This document shows, piece after piece, positions 1 through 12,470 of a stretch of DNA of 64,000 nucleotides (positions are counted from its first letter, which is position 1; the number at the start of each line of letters is the position of its first letter). A program made the position numbers and the translations under genes. Under the pieces are notes generated by a model. That model was given only the letters and a program-made list of their open reading frames with translations, was not told the DNA's origin and did no database searches. The stretch spans positions 12,214,001 to 12,278,000 of the forward strand of contig NC_043006.1 in the NCBI RefSeq assembly GCF_006345805.1, written 5' to 3'. This stretch comes from Octopus sinensis. Lineage: Eukaryota.

Positions 1-46
1 GTAGTAGTAGTAGTAGTAGTAGTAGCAGCAGCAGCAGCAGTAGTAA

Positions 47-90
<44 letters not shown>
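1..90. repeat. (GTA)n/(GCA)n microsatellite
   Basis: Direct reading of the sequence. Confidence 0.95.
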
Positions 91-400
91 ACTGAAAGCA
101 GCGAATTCAGTGAGACGGTGGGCACAAAACACTCTCTGGTTTCCTGAGCTTCCTGAGTTCAAATGCTGCCGTGAATAGTCAAGTACTCAAGTCAACTACT
201 TGAGATGACGTACAGGTATTATATATTAGAAGAAATGAGGTACTCCGAAATCTGGATGGTTTTATGTTTACAGATATTTATTAATAAGTCACATGTTTTT
301 ATAAATCATATATCAGCGCTTGCGTCCACTCTAGTGTAGTAGTTCTAATATATATTTATATATATGTATATATGTATGTACATATGTATTTATATATTAT

Positions 401-805
401 AGTGTGGTAAGTAGCTTGCTTACCAACTACATGGTTCCGGGTTCAGTCCCACTGCGTGGCATCTTGGGCAAGTATCTTCTACTATAACTTCGGGCCGACC
501 AAAGCCTTGTGAGTGGATTTGGTAGACGGGAACTGAAAGAAGCCCGTTGAATATATGTATATATATATATATATATATGTGTGTTGTGTGTGTGTATGTG
601 TTTCTGTGTTTGTCCGCCCAACATCGCTTAACAACCGATGCTGGTGTGTTTACATCCCCGTAACTTAGCGATTCAGCAAAAGAGACCGATAGAATAAGTA
701 ACAGGCTTACAAAGAATAAGTCCTGGGGTCGAATTCTTCGACTAACGGCAGTGCTCCAGCATGGCTGCAGTCAAATGACTGAAACAAGTAAAAGAGTAAA
801 AGAGA
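401..805 (+). mobile_element. tRNA-derived SINE, family C (CORE-like centre, internal TA/TG microsatellite)
   Basis: Head GTGTGGTAAG...GGTTCAGTCCC (A/B-box-like), centre CTTGGGCAAG, tail ending GAAACAAGTAAAAGA. Homologous copies at 23820, 27068, 43795 and 56470. Confidence 0.85.
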
Positions 806-990
806 TACATAAAAACATACATTCATATAATGCTTTTAATGCGCATGGCTGTCTCATGATCGATTCCATGACTCCCTGAGTGACAGTGAAGTCATCATAT
901 CCAGCAAATTATTATTTTTCCTTACCTGTGCAAATCTCGAGACTTCGTGTTGCAATCAAATGCTTTTATGTTTTCACACACACACACGCA

Positions 991-1021
<31 letters not shown>

Positions 1022-1767
1022 TACACACACACACAATCGCAATGTATGAAGGCATGAATGTGTGAGTGTGTGTTTATAGTATATACCAAAAGATACATGC
1101 ACTGTAATTTTTCAGAAAGTGTCATTTTCACAAGTGTCATTACGATAAAAAATATAAATGTTCCTATCAATTTTGAACCTGTCTTAAAAAGTCGTGGTAA
1201 ATAGAGGTGCCATACTCATACTCCACGGATGCCACAGCACAATGATTGTAAAACTCAGCGTTAAAGAATCGTTTTCAGACATTCTTTTGCCGAATATTTC
1301 GCATATCCATCGAAGAATCAATAACGATACTCCAAAGATATTGGTGACTTTAGTAAGACTGCGAGTTCTCTCTCATCTGTATGAGTGCAAATATATAAAT
1401 AGGTATGTTCTAATTATTACTCATTCAGCCTGTACTTGGATCGATTCAATGGATTCCTCTTCCCCTTTAGAAATTTGTGGCCCCGTGCCAATTTGAGACA
1501 TCAATAATTCTTTCTTATTACTGGGATTCATGTTTAATTAGTTCATAGAGTGAAAAGCTAATTTGGTTATTTAGCATTGCTTTGCAGTAGTCAATAGCGC
1601 CGGTCAACTTTCTAAGTTTAGATCTCATTTCACTACATTTTTCCTCGTTACTCTCTGTATGTTGTAATTACTAGCAATATTCTCTAAAATATCACCCTCT
1701 GCTGCAGTATTTAGGTTTTTGAGCTGTCAAAGATATTCTTTTTAAATGTACAGTGTACACCTTAATA

Positions 1768-2154
1768 GTGGAGGCGCAATGGCCCAGTGGTTAGGGCAGC
1801 GGACTCGCGGTCATAGGATCGCGGTTTCGATTCCCAGACCGGGCCTCGTGAGTGTTTATTGAGCGAAAACACCTAAAGCTCCACGAGGCTCCGGCAGGGG
1901 ATGGTGGTGATCTCTGCTGTACTCTATCACCACAACTTTCTCTCACTCTTACTTCCTGTTTCTATTGTACCTGTATTTCAAAGGGCCGGCCTTGTCACTC
2001 TCTGTGTCACGCTGAATATCCCCGAGAACTACGTTAAGGGTACACGTGTCTGTGGAGTGCTCAGCCACTTACACGTTAATTTCACGAGCAGGCTGTTCCG
2101 TTGATTCGGATCAACCGGAACCCTCGTCGTCGTAACCGACGGAGTGCTTCCACA
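1768..2154 (+). mobile_element. tRNA-derived SINE, family R, copy 1
   Basis: A box TGGCCCAGTGG, B box GGTTTCGATTCC, no tRNA acceptor-stem 3' half, about 390 bp body ending GTCGTCGTAACCGACGGAGTGCTTCCACA. Confidence 0.85.
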
Positions 2155-2252
2155 TATTGTAATATTCTCTAAAATATCACCCCCTGCTGCAGTATTTAGG
2201 TTTTTGAGCTGTCAAAGATATTCTTTTTAACTGTACAGTGTACACCTTAATA

Positions 2253-2639
2253 GTGGAGGCGCAATGGCCCAGTGGTTAGGGCAGCGGACTCGCGGTCATA
2301 GGATCGCGGTTTGGATTCCCAGACCGGGCCTCGTGAGTGTTTATTGAGCGAAAACACCTAAAGCTCCACGAGGCTCCGGCAGGGGATGGTGGTGATCTCT
2401 GCTGTACTCTTTCACCACATCTTTCTCTCACTCTTACTTCCTGTTTCTGTTGTAACTGTATTTCAAAGGGCCGGCCTTGTCACTCTCTGTGTCACGCTGA
2501 ATATCCCCGAGAACTACGTGAAGGGTACACGTGTCTGTGGAGTGCTCAGCCACTTACACGTTAATTTCACGAGCAGGCTGTTCCGTTGATTCGGATCAAC
2601 CGGAACCCTCGTCGTCGTAACCGATGGAGTGCTTCCACA
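2253..2639 (+). mobile_element. tRNA-derived SINE, family R, copy 2
   Basis: Near-identical to 1768-2154 apart from a few substitutions. Confidence 0.85.
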
Positions 2640-3939
2640 TATTGTAATTACTTGCAATATTCTCTAAAATATCACCCCCCCTGCTGCAGTATTTAGGTTT
2701 TTGAGCTGTCAAAGATATTCTTTTTAACTGTACATTGTACAACTTAATAATTATGCGTATTGGAAAATTAAAATTACAGTATCTGGCAAAGTTTTATAAT
2801 TACTGTTGTAATATATGTGCAATTTTAATAAATATTCTGGAAGCAAAATTAATAAATTTATTCATTCAAAATTATGGGATAAAACATAGCTCATCCTCTA
2901 TAATTATGAACATTTTTCTCTTCTTAATTAGTTTACAGCCCTGTAATTTATCTGTTTGTGTGCTGCAAGGTTCTTTACCAAATATCAAAGTTCCATCAAT
3001 AATATTATTCAATATCCTTAAGCTATTTACTTCCATTATTGTACAATTTTTCGAATATTTTTCACTTTCACAATCACATTACAATCACTGCAATTTAGAT
3101 AAATGAAATATTTTCGTAAAAAAATTTGTGAAAATGAAGAAATTAAGTCAAGGTGTAGGTTATATTTCAGAAAAGCCTTCCTTAGTTGTTCATTGTAACA
3201 CTCACACCTTTGTCAAGAGTCTTTTGTATTCCAGTATAAAACTGGTACATAATTTATAGATATCCAGATTTCAATAGCTATTTGAAATATACATTTCGTG
3301 TTTGTATAGCTCGTGACATAACACTTTCCAATGCGGTGAATTAGCGAAGACTTTGCGTTATTCCTTATTTTCCTTAACGATTCTGCCGGCGAGCTGGCAG
3401 AATCGTTAGTACGCCGGGCTCAAGGCTTAGCGGTATTTCGTCTGCTAATGACGCTATGTATCTCAATATATTCCCAACTGCATCAGAGTCAGACGTAGTG
3501 GTGCCCTCCAAAAAACGCCAACGAAGGACTGAATCTTTGTCTTGACCCAAGAGACTCTAAGGCCAAAGTTTCACAGAGCTTTCGACTCACCACAATATTA
3601 GAGGGAAAAGATGGAGCATTGAATCTCTGAAATCCATTCCATCGGTACCTTGGGAATAACTGCATTAGATTAGCTCTTTGAAAAATCCTCAAATCGTTTA
3701 GGTGAGGCATGGTGATTATTTGGGAATACTGATATGCAAGAGCATAGAGGTACATATATATATACATACATAGACTCACATACTCACATATATCTATATC
3801 CATGCATACACATATATACATGTACATATACATGAACCTTATATATACGTATATATTCAAAAATCAATTTCCTTTAATCACTAGTTTTATGTCTTTCTCT
3901 CTTTCACTATATTTAGCTATTTATCTATCAATATATCTA

Positions 3940-3992
3940 TTTATCTAACTATCCAATCTAATCTAATCTATCTATCTGTCTATCATTATTTA

Positions 3993-4045
<53 letters not shown>

Positions 4046-4047
4046 CT

Positions 4048-4099
<52 letters not shown>

Positions 4100-4135
4100 A
4101 TCTATCTAATTATTTATCTTGCTATCTATCTATCA

Positions 4136-4174
<39 letters not shown>

Positions 4175-4225
4175 ATAAATCTATCTAATTATTTATCTTG
4201 CTATCTATCTATCAATATATATATA

Positions 4226-4264
<39 letters not shown>

Positions 4265-4302
4265 ATCTATCTAATTTTTTATCTTGCTATCTATCTATCA
4301 AT

Positions 4303-4365
<63 letters not shown>

Positions 4366-4396
4366 TATATATCAATCTATCTAATTATCTATCTTG

Positions 4397-4427
<31 letters not shown>

Positions 4428-4430
4428 ACT
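3940..4430. repeat. Compound (CTAT)/(CT)/(TA) microsatellite with 4 copies of a 40-bp core
   Basis: AATCTATCTAATTATTTATCTTGCTATCTATCTATCAAT recurs at about 4098, 4178, 4263 and 4373, separated by variable (TA)n. Confidence 0.9.
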
Positions 4431-4979
4431 TAAATGTCTATCTCATTCTTTAATTATCAATATCTCAGTTTACGTTTCATTACATATGCGTGTGTGTATA
4501 TATGTATGTATCTGTGATCTTGGGTATTATGATGAACATTCTGTACACGACAACCGAAGATTAATGATTAATGGAGTGAAAGGATTCTCCGTAGGGGTAA
4601 TAGTCGAACCATATCGCAAGTTTCTACTAAAACTGAATATATAAACATTTTATTTATTAGCAATAAACAACATCAACTGATAATCGGCAGTAATATTCAA
4701 TTGATGAAAATACAGCATTAGCAAACTGGAAATAGATTTATTGTGACAGCAGCTTTCGTTAATAAATATTTTGTGAATGGCACAAACACGAGCGAGTGTC
4801 ACCATTAGCCTTCATATCATCATAAGATTTATTTCATAATTTCTGATGTGAGCAGTAATTTGAAATGCTTTAATATTCCGAGATGAAATCCCGAAGGGGA
4901 GTGTATCGATATATTTTCAAAAGGTAATGCTTTTTAACCTCAGATCAACGGCTTCTAAGCAGGTCATTTAATTGTATTT

Positions 4980-5002
4980 CATATATATATATATTATATA
5001 TA

Positions 5003-5047
<45 letters not shown>

Positions 5048-5132
5048 CATATATACATACATATATATACATATATACATACATAAATATATATATATAT
5101 ATATATATACATATATACACACACATATATAT

Positions 5133-5166
<34 letters not shown>

Positions 5167-5410
5167 AATACATACATATATATATGTATATATGTATATA
5201 TACATACTTATATATATATATATACATACATACACATATACATACAAAATATATATATATATATATAAAAGATATATATTATATATATATATACATACAT
5301 ACATACATACTACATACATACATATATATATATGTACATACATAATGCATATATATATATATAGTATATATATATATTATATATATATATGTATATACAT
5401 ACATATATAA

Positions 5411-5448
<38 letters not shown>

Positions 5449-5470
5449 TGTGTGTGTGTGTGTGTTTATA
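4980..5470. repeat. (TA)n/(TACA)n/(TG)n microsatellite block
   Basis: Direct reading; source of the YIYI ORFs. Confidence 0.95.
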
Positions 5471-7231
5471 TATGCGTATGTATAGTGAGCGGGGCTATCT
5501 CTGAAATTTCTACACATTTCAAAGAAACACCTTTACGAGAACATATCAGTTCTATACGTTCAAACAGATTATTGCTAAAATATTAAAATGCCTAGAATAT
5601 TAAGATTAAACACGCAGTGAAAACATAAAATGTATTGAATATTCCATTTCAAATACTCGGTGAAATATTCAGGATCTGAGAATAATTCAGTATCTAGGAG
5701 TTGTACACCCTTTAACAATCGAAATCATTCTTTATATAAATCTATATTTTACTCTAAAAATTCTTGTTATTGTACTCACTTCAATGTTCTGGACATGTTA
5801 GAAACATAGCTATTTCGTAAGCTATCATCCGCCTGTTATCTCTAACCACATACTCTTCGTTTAGTTATAAGTAGTTACTGGACTAACGGTAGACTCTGAG
5901 CTAGTAACCCTTGCCCTTACACCACTGGGTTGCTTTATCTTGACCCCAATATTACAAATCAGAAAGAAGAAGCTGTGATGTACGATCAAGTATTCCTTCA
6001 CTGCTTTACAAAATTAAATAATCGTGAATATTCTTACTTCCATATATTTTTATGCCTTTGAAATAGTTCTGATGGTGGCTTATCTGATGTTATATATACA
6101 TTATATCATATAATGTCGTCAACGTAATTTTCTCTTCGTTTATATATTCACAGCAGTTATATATTGTTTTCATACTACAATATCCTTTCTTTTCTTCTAT
6201 TAATTTCAGCAAAAACAACGCACGTAGAGATGAGATCATGGTAATTTCTCTTAACTGTTTATACTATATAATTCTAAATGTGTTTAAGCACTGATCTCGG
6301 TGTTACAGTATTTTCTTTATGGCTTTCGTAACTTTAGTTAATCAAATCTATAGCAACAGATAAAGAAGAAAAAAAGTATTTTAAATTAAGTTAATCATTG
6401 AAAGTTTATAGCCAGCTTCGTGAGTCTCATGACATGTTTGTTTATATTGATATTTATCTTAAAATCATATATCATGCTGTATTTGAAGCTCAATTAAGAC
6501 AATAAACCGGAAGAATAAAATATTTCGCCAGACCAGCGTTTCTGAAATGATAACATCAATTTAGAGTGCTTAAGTAGCTCTGGTCGGAAATTTTAATACC
6601 AGAAAGATATTCTGCCAAGATCAAAGTTCGTCATTACAACAGTATCCATTATGATACTTGGAAAGAATTAAGATTTATGACATATTTCGGAGTTTCTTTA
6701 GTAATTACGGTAAAGGAATTAAACTAAGTAATATGACATTACTTCTTTGGTCAGTCAAGAAAACGCTTGAACTGATCTTAATTTCCGAAAGAGTTAAACA
6801 ACGAACGGCCATTAGATGAATATATTCATCGGTGTTAAAAAGATTTCTCGTTCAATATTCAACATTGTTTTCTTGCGAAAATGAAGAAAACGATTAAAAT
6901 TCTTAAGTATTTTATAACCTTTAAATATTTTCTCATCAAGTCATCTCATCAGCTTTTAATATTTCCTAACGACGTACGCACAATGCCTACCATTCAATAA
7001 TTCACTAAAATAGGTTTCTCTTTTTAAAAATCATATTGTTAGAAGAATAAATTCAATTATATTTATAATTGTTGTTGTTTGCCTATAGTAGGAAGGATTC
7101 TTCTTCTTCTTTTTCTTCTTTTCCTTCTACTTCTTCTCCTCCCCATCCTTCTTCTTCTCCTTCTCCTACTCCCACTCCTCCTCCTCCTCCTCCTCCTTAT
7201 TCTTCGTCTTCTACTTTTACAACTATTTCTT

Positions 7232-7835
7232 CTTTGATGAAAACCCTCAGCTTATTTTGCTGGGTATGAGAGTAAGTGTCAGCTGTCCACAGCCAGCAGA
7301 CTAAGGTGGCACTTGTTTACTGGTCATGCTTCAAGAGCCCTGCAAAGAATTCTAGCAGGGCCAAGCACTCCACTTATGGCTTGTAGCATGGCTAGCAGTT
7401 GCTAGATTACGACCGTGCCCACACTGCTACATAGTGGAGCAGCTGCTGGGTGCTGCACCATCACCATTGATTCCCGCCCTGTTCACTGTTATCGTTATCT
7501 ATTATGCTTGCCATTTTCACTCAAAAATGAGGTGTATTTTTAGGTTACTGCCAACCAGAGACTCCATCCCTACCAAGGTAGTTTACCAAGGGGTCAGGGT
7601 CATTGGTCCCCTGATTTTCATCTCAGAGTGTTCCTTCGTCCAAGCTGTTTGCTATCCAAGGCTGACGTATACAGTCTTCAGGGAGCACTGATTATTTGAA
7701 GACGCCTTTTCACACTCTTCTTTTGGTTTGGCGAAGGGGTCAGGCTTGACTTGCGCGGGCCATTGGAGCATTTTATAAGTGATGGGTGCTCAACTGCCCT
7801 CACCACCCCGGCATTGGCAAAAAGTAAAATCATTT
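7232..7835 (-). mobile_element. Non-coding retroposon fragment, possibly RTE-derived, with (AAG)n tail
   Basis: GC-richer than the flanks. The minus strand ends GCTGAGGGTTTTCATCAAAGAAGA and runs into an (AAG)/(AGG) tract, a short-repeat tail typical of the RTE clade. No convincing ORF. Confidence 0.4.
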
Positions 7836-7857
7836 TTGCTCTTATTATTATCATTAT

Positions 7858-8421
7858 TGAGTGAGCAGCGCATGCCATCAAAGTGACACTGAGGGTCAAA
7901 TATACGAAGCCCAGTATACCCATCGGGACTACCTATCTGATAAGGGTACATGAGGTACATGCATCACAACTATATGCGTGCGACATAATAATCTCATATT
8001 AAGATATAGAGCACATGGCTTTGCAGGTGGGGCCATGTTAGATTTTTTTCAGGTTGAGTAGCCCATCTCGGTCAAAAGGTCCCTAAATAAGGTTTAAGCA
8101 TGTTTAAGGATGATGAACAAAACACCCATGTTTCCAGAGGTGAATTATCCACAAACCAAAGAATTCCTTTCAACATATGGCTATGATGCACCCCCACTAC
8201 TTCTGCTCATGATCAGAGATGCACATATCGTCGGCCACTGAGGGAAATTCTCAACCGGTGATGGTCAAGCAACTGATAAGCAAATCTGTGACATTGAGCA
8301 GAATATTTATGTAGCCCATCTTTTATACCAAGATAAAACAATGTACATGATAACACTTCCAATCAGTTAAGATCATGAGAGTCAGGAGAGCCACTGCCTG
8401 GTACTGCATCAGGGCATTTAC
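7858..8421 (-). mobile_element. About 560-bp non-coding interspersed element with (AAT)n tail, copy 1
   Basis: Homologous to 59815-60278. The minus strand ends GTCACTTTGATGGCATGCGCTGCTCACTC followed by AAT repeats. Confidence 0.75.
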
Positions 8422-8468
8422 TATTCTTCTTCTTCTTCTTCTTCTTCTTCGTATTATTATTATTATTA

Positions 8469-8531
<63 letters not shown>

Positions 8532-8623
8532 TATTATTATTATTATTATTTTTATATTATTATTATTATTATTATTGTTGTTGTTGTTGTTGTTCTAGTT
8601 GTTATTATCATTATTATTATTAT

Positions 8624-9701
8624 TAAACAGTTGAGACGAAGAGCGCGATATTTTATTGGTTGAACGATATTTCAACAGTAAATCTTTGTGAAGTTCAAAA
8701 TAAGAAGTGATATAAATTCAAATATTATAGAAATTTAAGCATAAAGTATGAACGAGAGCAACCATCTTCCACACGCTGATGGAATGACATCATCAGTTTT
8801 TAAGTTAAAATTTTATGACAGGCGAAAAGAAAAAGACAGAAAAAACCGAAAAAGAAGACGACAGAAAAAAAGGAAAGAAAAAAGAATATTTAATCAAACA
8901 GTTTTGTGTAAATTTCATGTTATTCTCCTCTCATCTTATTCATTCCTCCAGAGATTCGTGTTAATAACCCGCAAACATACTTCTCCTCATACATTCTGAG
9001 TGAATTCCATCAGAAATCATAACAGAAATGTTATGATTTATACAGAAAGTGGAACATGTAAAGATTCTCATTTGGTGTACGCTACGGAATGCACGAAACG
9101 CAACTTGATTTATGTTGGTTGTACAACAGAACAATTAAACTAAAGGTTTAATGGGCACAGATTCGACGTCAGGCACAATAACAGTAGTTCGACAGAACTT
9201 GCTGATCATTTCGTTTCAAGCGGCTGCAATTTTGAAGAAGACTTGAAAGTGCATATTCTCAGAAAATATTCTAAATCTGCTTCACTTTCACTTCTCAGAA
9301 TGTATGAGGAGAAATAGGTTTGCGGGTTATTAATATCACGCCCTGGAGGAATGAATAAGATGACAGGAGAATATCATCAAATTTATACAAAACTGTTTGA
9401 TTAAATATTCTTCTTTCTCTCTTTTACTTTCCTTTTTTTCTGTCGTCTTCTTTTCTGTTTTTTTTCTGTCTTCTTTTCGCCTGTCATAAAATTGTAACTT
9501 ATAAACTGATGATGTCATTCCATCAACGTGTGGACGCTGGTCGCTGGTCGCTCTCGTTCATACTTTACGTTTAAATTTCTATAATTTTGAATTTTTACCA
9601 CTTCTTATTTTGAACTTGACAAAGACAGACTTACTGTTGAAATATCGCTCAACCAATAAAATATCTTACAATCGAATCGCACTCTTTGTCTTGACTGTTT
9701 A
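8624..9701 (+). mobile_element. Penelope-like element fragment (GIY-YIG endonuclease remnant) with inverted terminal duplication
   Basis: 9008-9400 translates to TCKDSHLVYATECTKRNLIYVGCTTEQLN*RFNGHRFD...TELADHF...EEK*VCGL..RPGGMN. Arms 8624-9004 and 9287-9701 are inverted copies of each other. Confidence 0.85.
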
Positions 9702-10566
9702 CATTCGTGAAGAGTTACGTCAATCCTTTTTAAAATATCAAAATCAAATCGATTGAGATGATTGATTTTATGATACACAGAATAAGTCCGATCTTGAAAT
9801 CAAATAAAGTCCGATCTTGAATTTCATGCCAACAACATCAACAACAACATATCTCTTATTTTGAAAGATGACAGTGCGTCTCCATTAGCGTTGTAGAAAA
9901 CGTAAAGTTTATCCCTTTCATTTTAAGTATGATCACATTTTGGAAGTAAGCTGGTTAAAATTTTCGCAAACAATATATAATTTTGATGACAGCTTGTTAG
10001 GTTTGTGCAAGCATAGTTTGAATGACAAAACAGCACTTAAAAATATTTAATAACGCTATTTTAAAATAAGAGATTTCATTGATGTCTGTTTTCATGAATT
10101 TATTCTCAATTTTGAAATTATTCTTTTATCTTTTGCTCTATTCTTATTTTTGTGTTTTTTTCTTTTACTTATTTGGATATCTTCTATAAATTATAATTTA
10201 TTACCTTAATTCAACAGCCATAAACCGATATAATGAATGGCCTAAGCTACTGCATCTGGACTCTCAAAATCACTATTCGATTTGAGGCGTAATCTCGTAA
10301 TGCAATTTATTTCATTCATTAATTTGAAGAATTAATTGCATCGCAACGAATATAATCGATTAACCTCATGAGTTCTTATTGGCTTAAGAAACACCTGGTA
10401 TCATCCACCATATTTAAACGAAAGCTTATTGGATGATGATTTTTCTTCCTAATGTAAATATCGAAAGTCAATATTGTATAATTCTTTGAAATATCGATGC
10501 TGAAATCTAATTAAATAGAAAATAGGTGGGAGTACTCTGGGGAAAAGAAACATATATGATAAATAA

Positions 10567-10785
10567 TACCAGGGGGCGCTGAAAAGTTCTTGGCTTAAGG
10601 GTGTCGCGAAACGACTGGCTGGAAGCCCTAACGTCCGAGTTATTTTACAGGTTTTAGAAAATGTTTAGGACCACTGCAACAGGCGTGAGAATCTGAGAGG
10701 GGAATATGTTGAATAAAATCATAATTAACTGATCCTCCTGTGTTTTCTTTTACCAAGGTCAGGAACTATTCATCAGCCCCTCGTA
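10567..10785 (+). mobile_element. Mariner-derived MITE
   Basis: TA at both ends. Imperfect TIRs CCAGGGGGCGCTGAAAAGTTCTTGGCTT and (reverse complement) CGAGGGGCTGATGAATAGTTCCTGACCTT. Internal ENLRGEYVE* resembles the mariner transposase C-terminus. Confidence 0.8.
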
Positions 10786-11319
10786 TCTTTGTGCAATATA
10801 TATATATATATATATACAAATAGGCTGAAACAAATATTGAAATTCTTATACAATTACATTAGTCAATCTTCATTTTTACTGTGGTATATTTTAACTCTGT
10901 ATCGAAACAGATCAAGATGATACTTAGGTTTTGCATTGACACAAATTTTCCCTTTTATCGTGCAACATCTCTTTAGATATGCAATAACTTTGAAGAGGAC
11001 AATAATAACAAGTTGTACAGTAACATGCACCAATTTACAACTAAACATGAATCAATTGCTCAAATAAAAATACGCTCAATTGATTCAAGCAATTATGTTT
11101 CTTCATTGATCATTTTACTTGAGTTCTCTGCATGAATGAGCGCAGCTATAAGCAAATGATTCCCACGCGTAACCAAGTCACCTTTGTTGTTTTTATTGGT
11201 GACTATTGCACAATATATCACTCCATTTCTGAAAGAGTATATGTATATATACACACACTAGAGAGTACCCATAAGAAACCGGAATTTTGAAATATTTTAT
11301 CCACTTAGATTTACATGTT

Positions 11320-12082
11320 TCGTCGCTTTCAAAGTTTTTTTTCAAACTGATAAATAGCAACGATTATTTCTTTCTGCAACGAGTTTTTCTCTTTAAGTCT
11401 AGAAACTAACAGTTCAGATAACTCTTTTGACAGTCTTAGGTCTCTGACTAAATCCTCAAATTCTGCCTGGTTGAAGTTTTCACATTCTTTGGTCGATGTT
11501 TCTACAAATCTATATCACTGCCATGTTCATCATTTACATCTACTTCCCATATATCATCACATTCATCTTGCAGTGAAGGTAGATCCTTGAAAACGGGTTC
11601 TGATAATTCATCTGACTGAAACACTGGATGAATTGCTGAATCCAGATTTGCGTAACTTATTTTCTGTCAGATTATCTTGCTATAGTCAGAAGACATTGTG
11701 AGACAAAAGTAGCAATCGTTTGCATGATATAGGAATATCAAATGTTAGTTGTTTCTTTGTGTCCTTTGTCCATTGGCGTAGATTCTCGACATACGGTTGA
11801 CATACATTGTGCGGGCCCACGATTTATCCTGATCACCAACATTAATCTTAAAGGAAGCTAAGTAGAATCTTTTCACAATGTCACTAACGTTCATTCTGTA
11901 AAGAGTCAGAGGAATTCAAACAGTTCAAACATTGAGCTAAGGGTGGGACCAATACACGCCAGCCCATAGAAAAAAAACTAGACGTGATAGGGAAAAAAAA
12001 CATATTGCTATTTTAAAACTCAGTGACATCAAATTACCCCACAACAGGTCAGCAGAAAAAAGTTAGAATTTTTTGGCCAGTG
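11320..12082 (-). mobile_element. Chapaev3-like (CMC superfamily) DNA transposon, 5' part, degraded
   Basis: Minus-strand peptides GDQDKSWA..VCQPYVENLRQWTK and FNQAEFEDLVRDLRLSKELSELLVSRLKEKN. Terminus CACTG (reverse complement at 12078-12082) followed by TTA. Family assignment is from memory. Confidence 0.7.
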
Positions 12083-12310
12083 TTATACTATATTGTATTA
12101 TATCTTTTTATAGTATAATATTGTATAATGTTAATAAAATTATAATATATCAATTCTATTTCTCTATTTCCTTTAATATTTATATATTGTAATTACACCA
12201 TTTTAAGTTCGGATTTATTCTCGACTTTATTGTGTTTTTTTACTGAACAACCAGTGAAAAATTAATGTTTTCCATTCCTTTGAAGGAAGTTGTATTTTCC
12301 TTGGATTGAA

Positions 12311-12390
<80 letters not shown>

Positions 12391-12470
12391 TATACATATG
12401 TGCGTGCATACATACCTACAAACATGCATACATACATTCATGCATACATACATACATACATACAAAAGGA
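12311..12470. repeat. (ATT)n-(AAT)n inverted microsatellite plus (CATA)n
   Basis: Direct reading. Confidence 0.9.

Larger units (their letters stand above)
1660..2749 (+). repeat. Tandem array flank-SINE-flank-SINE-flank (unit about 485 bp)
   Basis: A flank of about 108 bp occurs at 1660-1767, 2155-2252 and 2640-2749; SINE copies lie between the flanks. Confidence 0.9.

Noticed and set aside
1768-1845. tRNA gene (and similar heads of the other SINEs)
   Set aside because: A/B boxes are present, but there is no complete cloverleaf and each head continues into a repeated SINE body.
3483-3700. piggyBac-like N-terminus (SESD...KKRQRR, GKDG)
   Set aside because: The fragments are in different frames, with no TTAA, TIR or catalytic motifs.
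6522-6592. Pre-miRNA-like hairpin
   Set aside because: Pairing is interrupted by several mismatches and a large asymmetric bulge.
9506-9545. Hammerhead ribozyme in the Penelope arms (CTGATGA)
   Set aside because: No GAAA follows a closable stem II in either arm.
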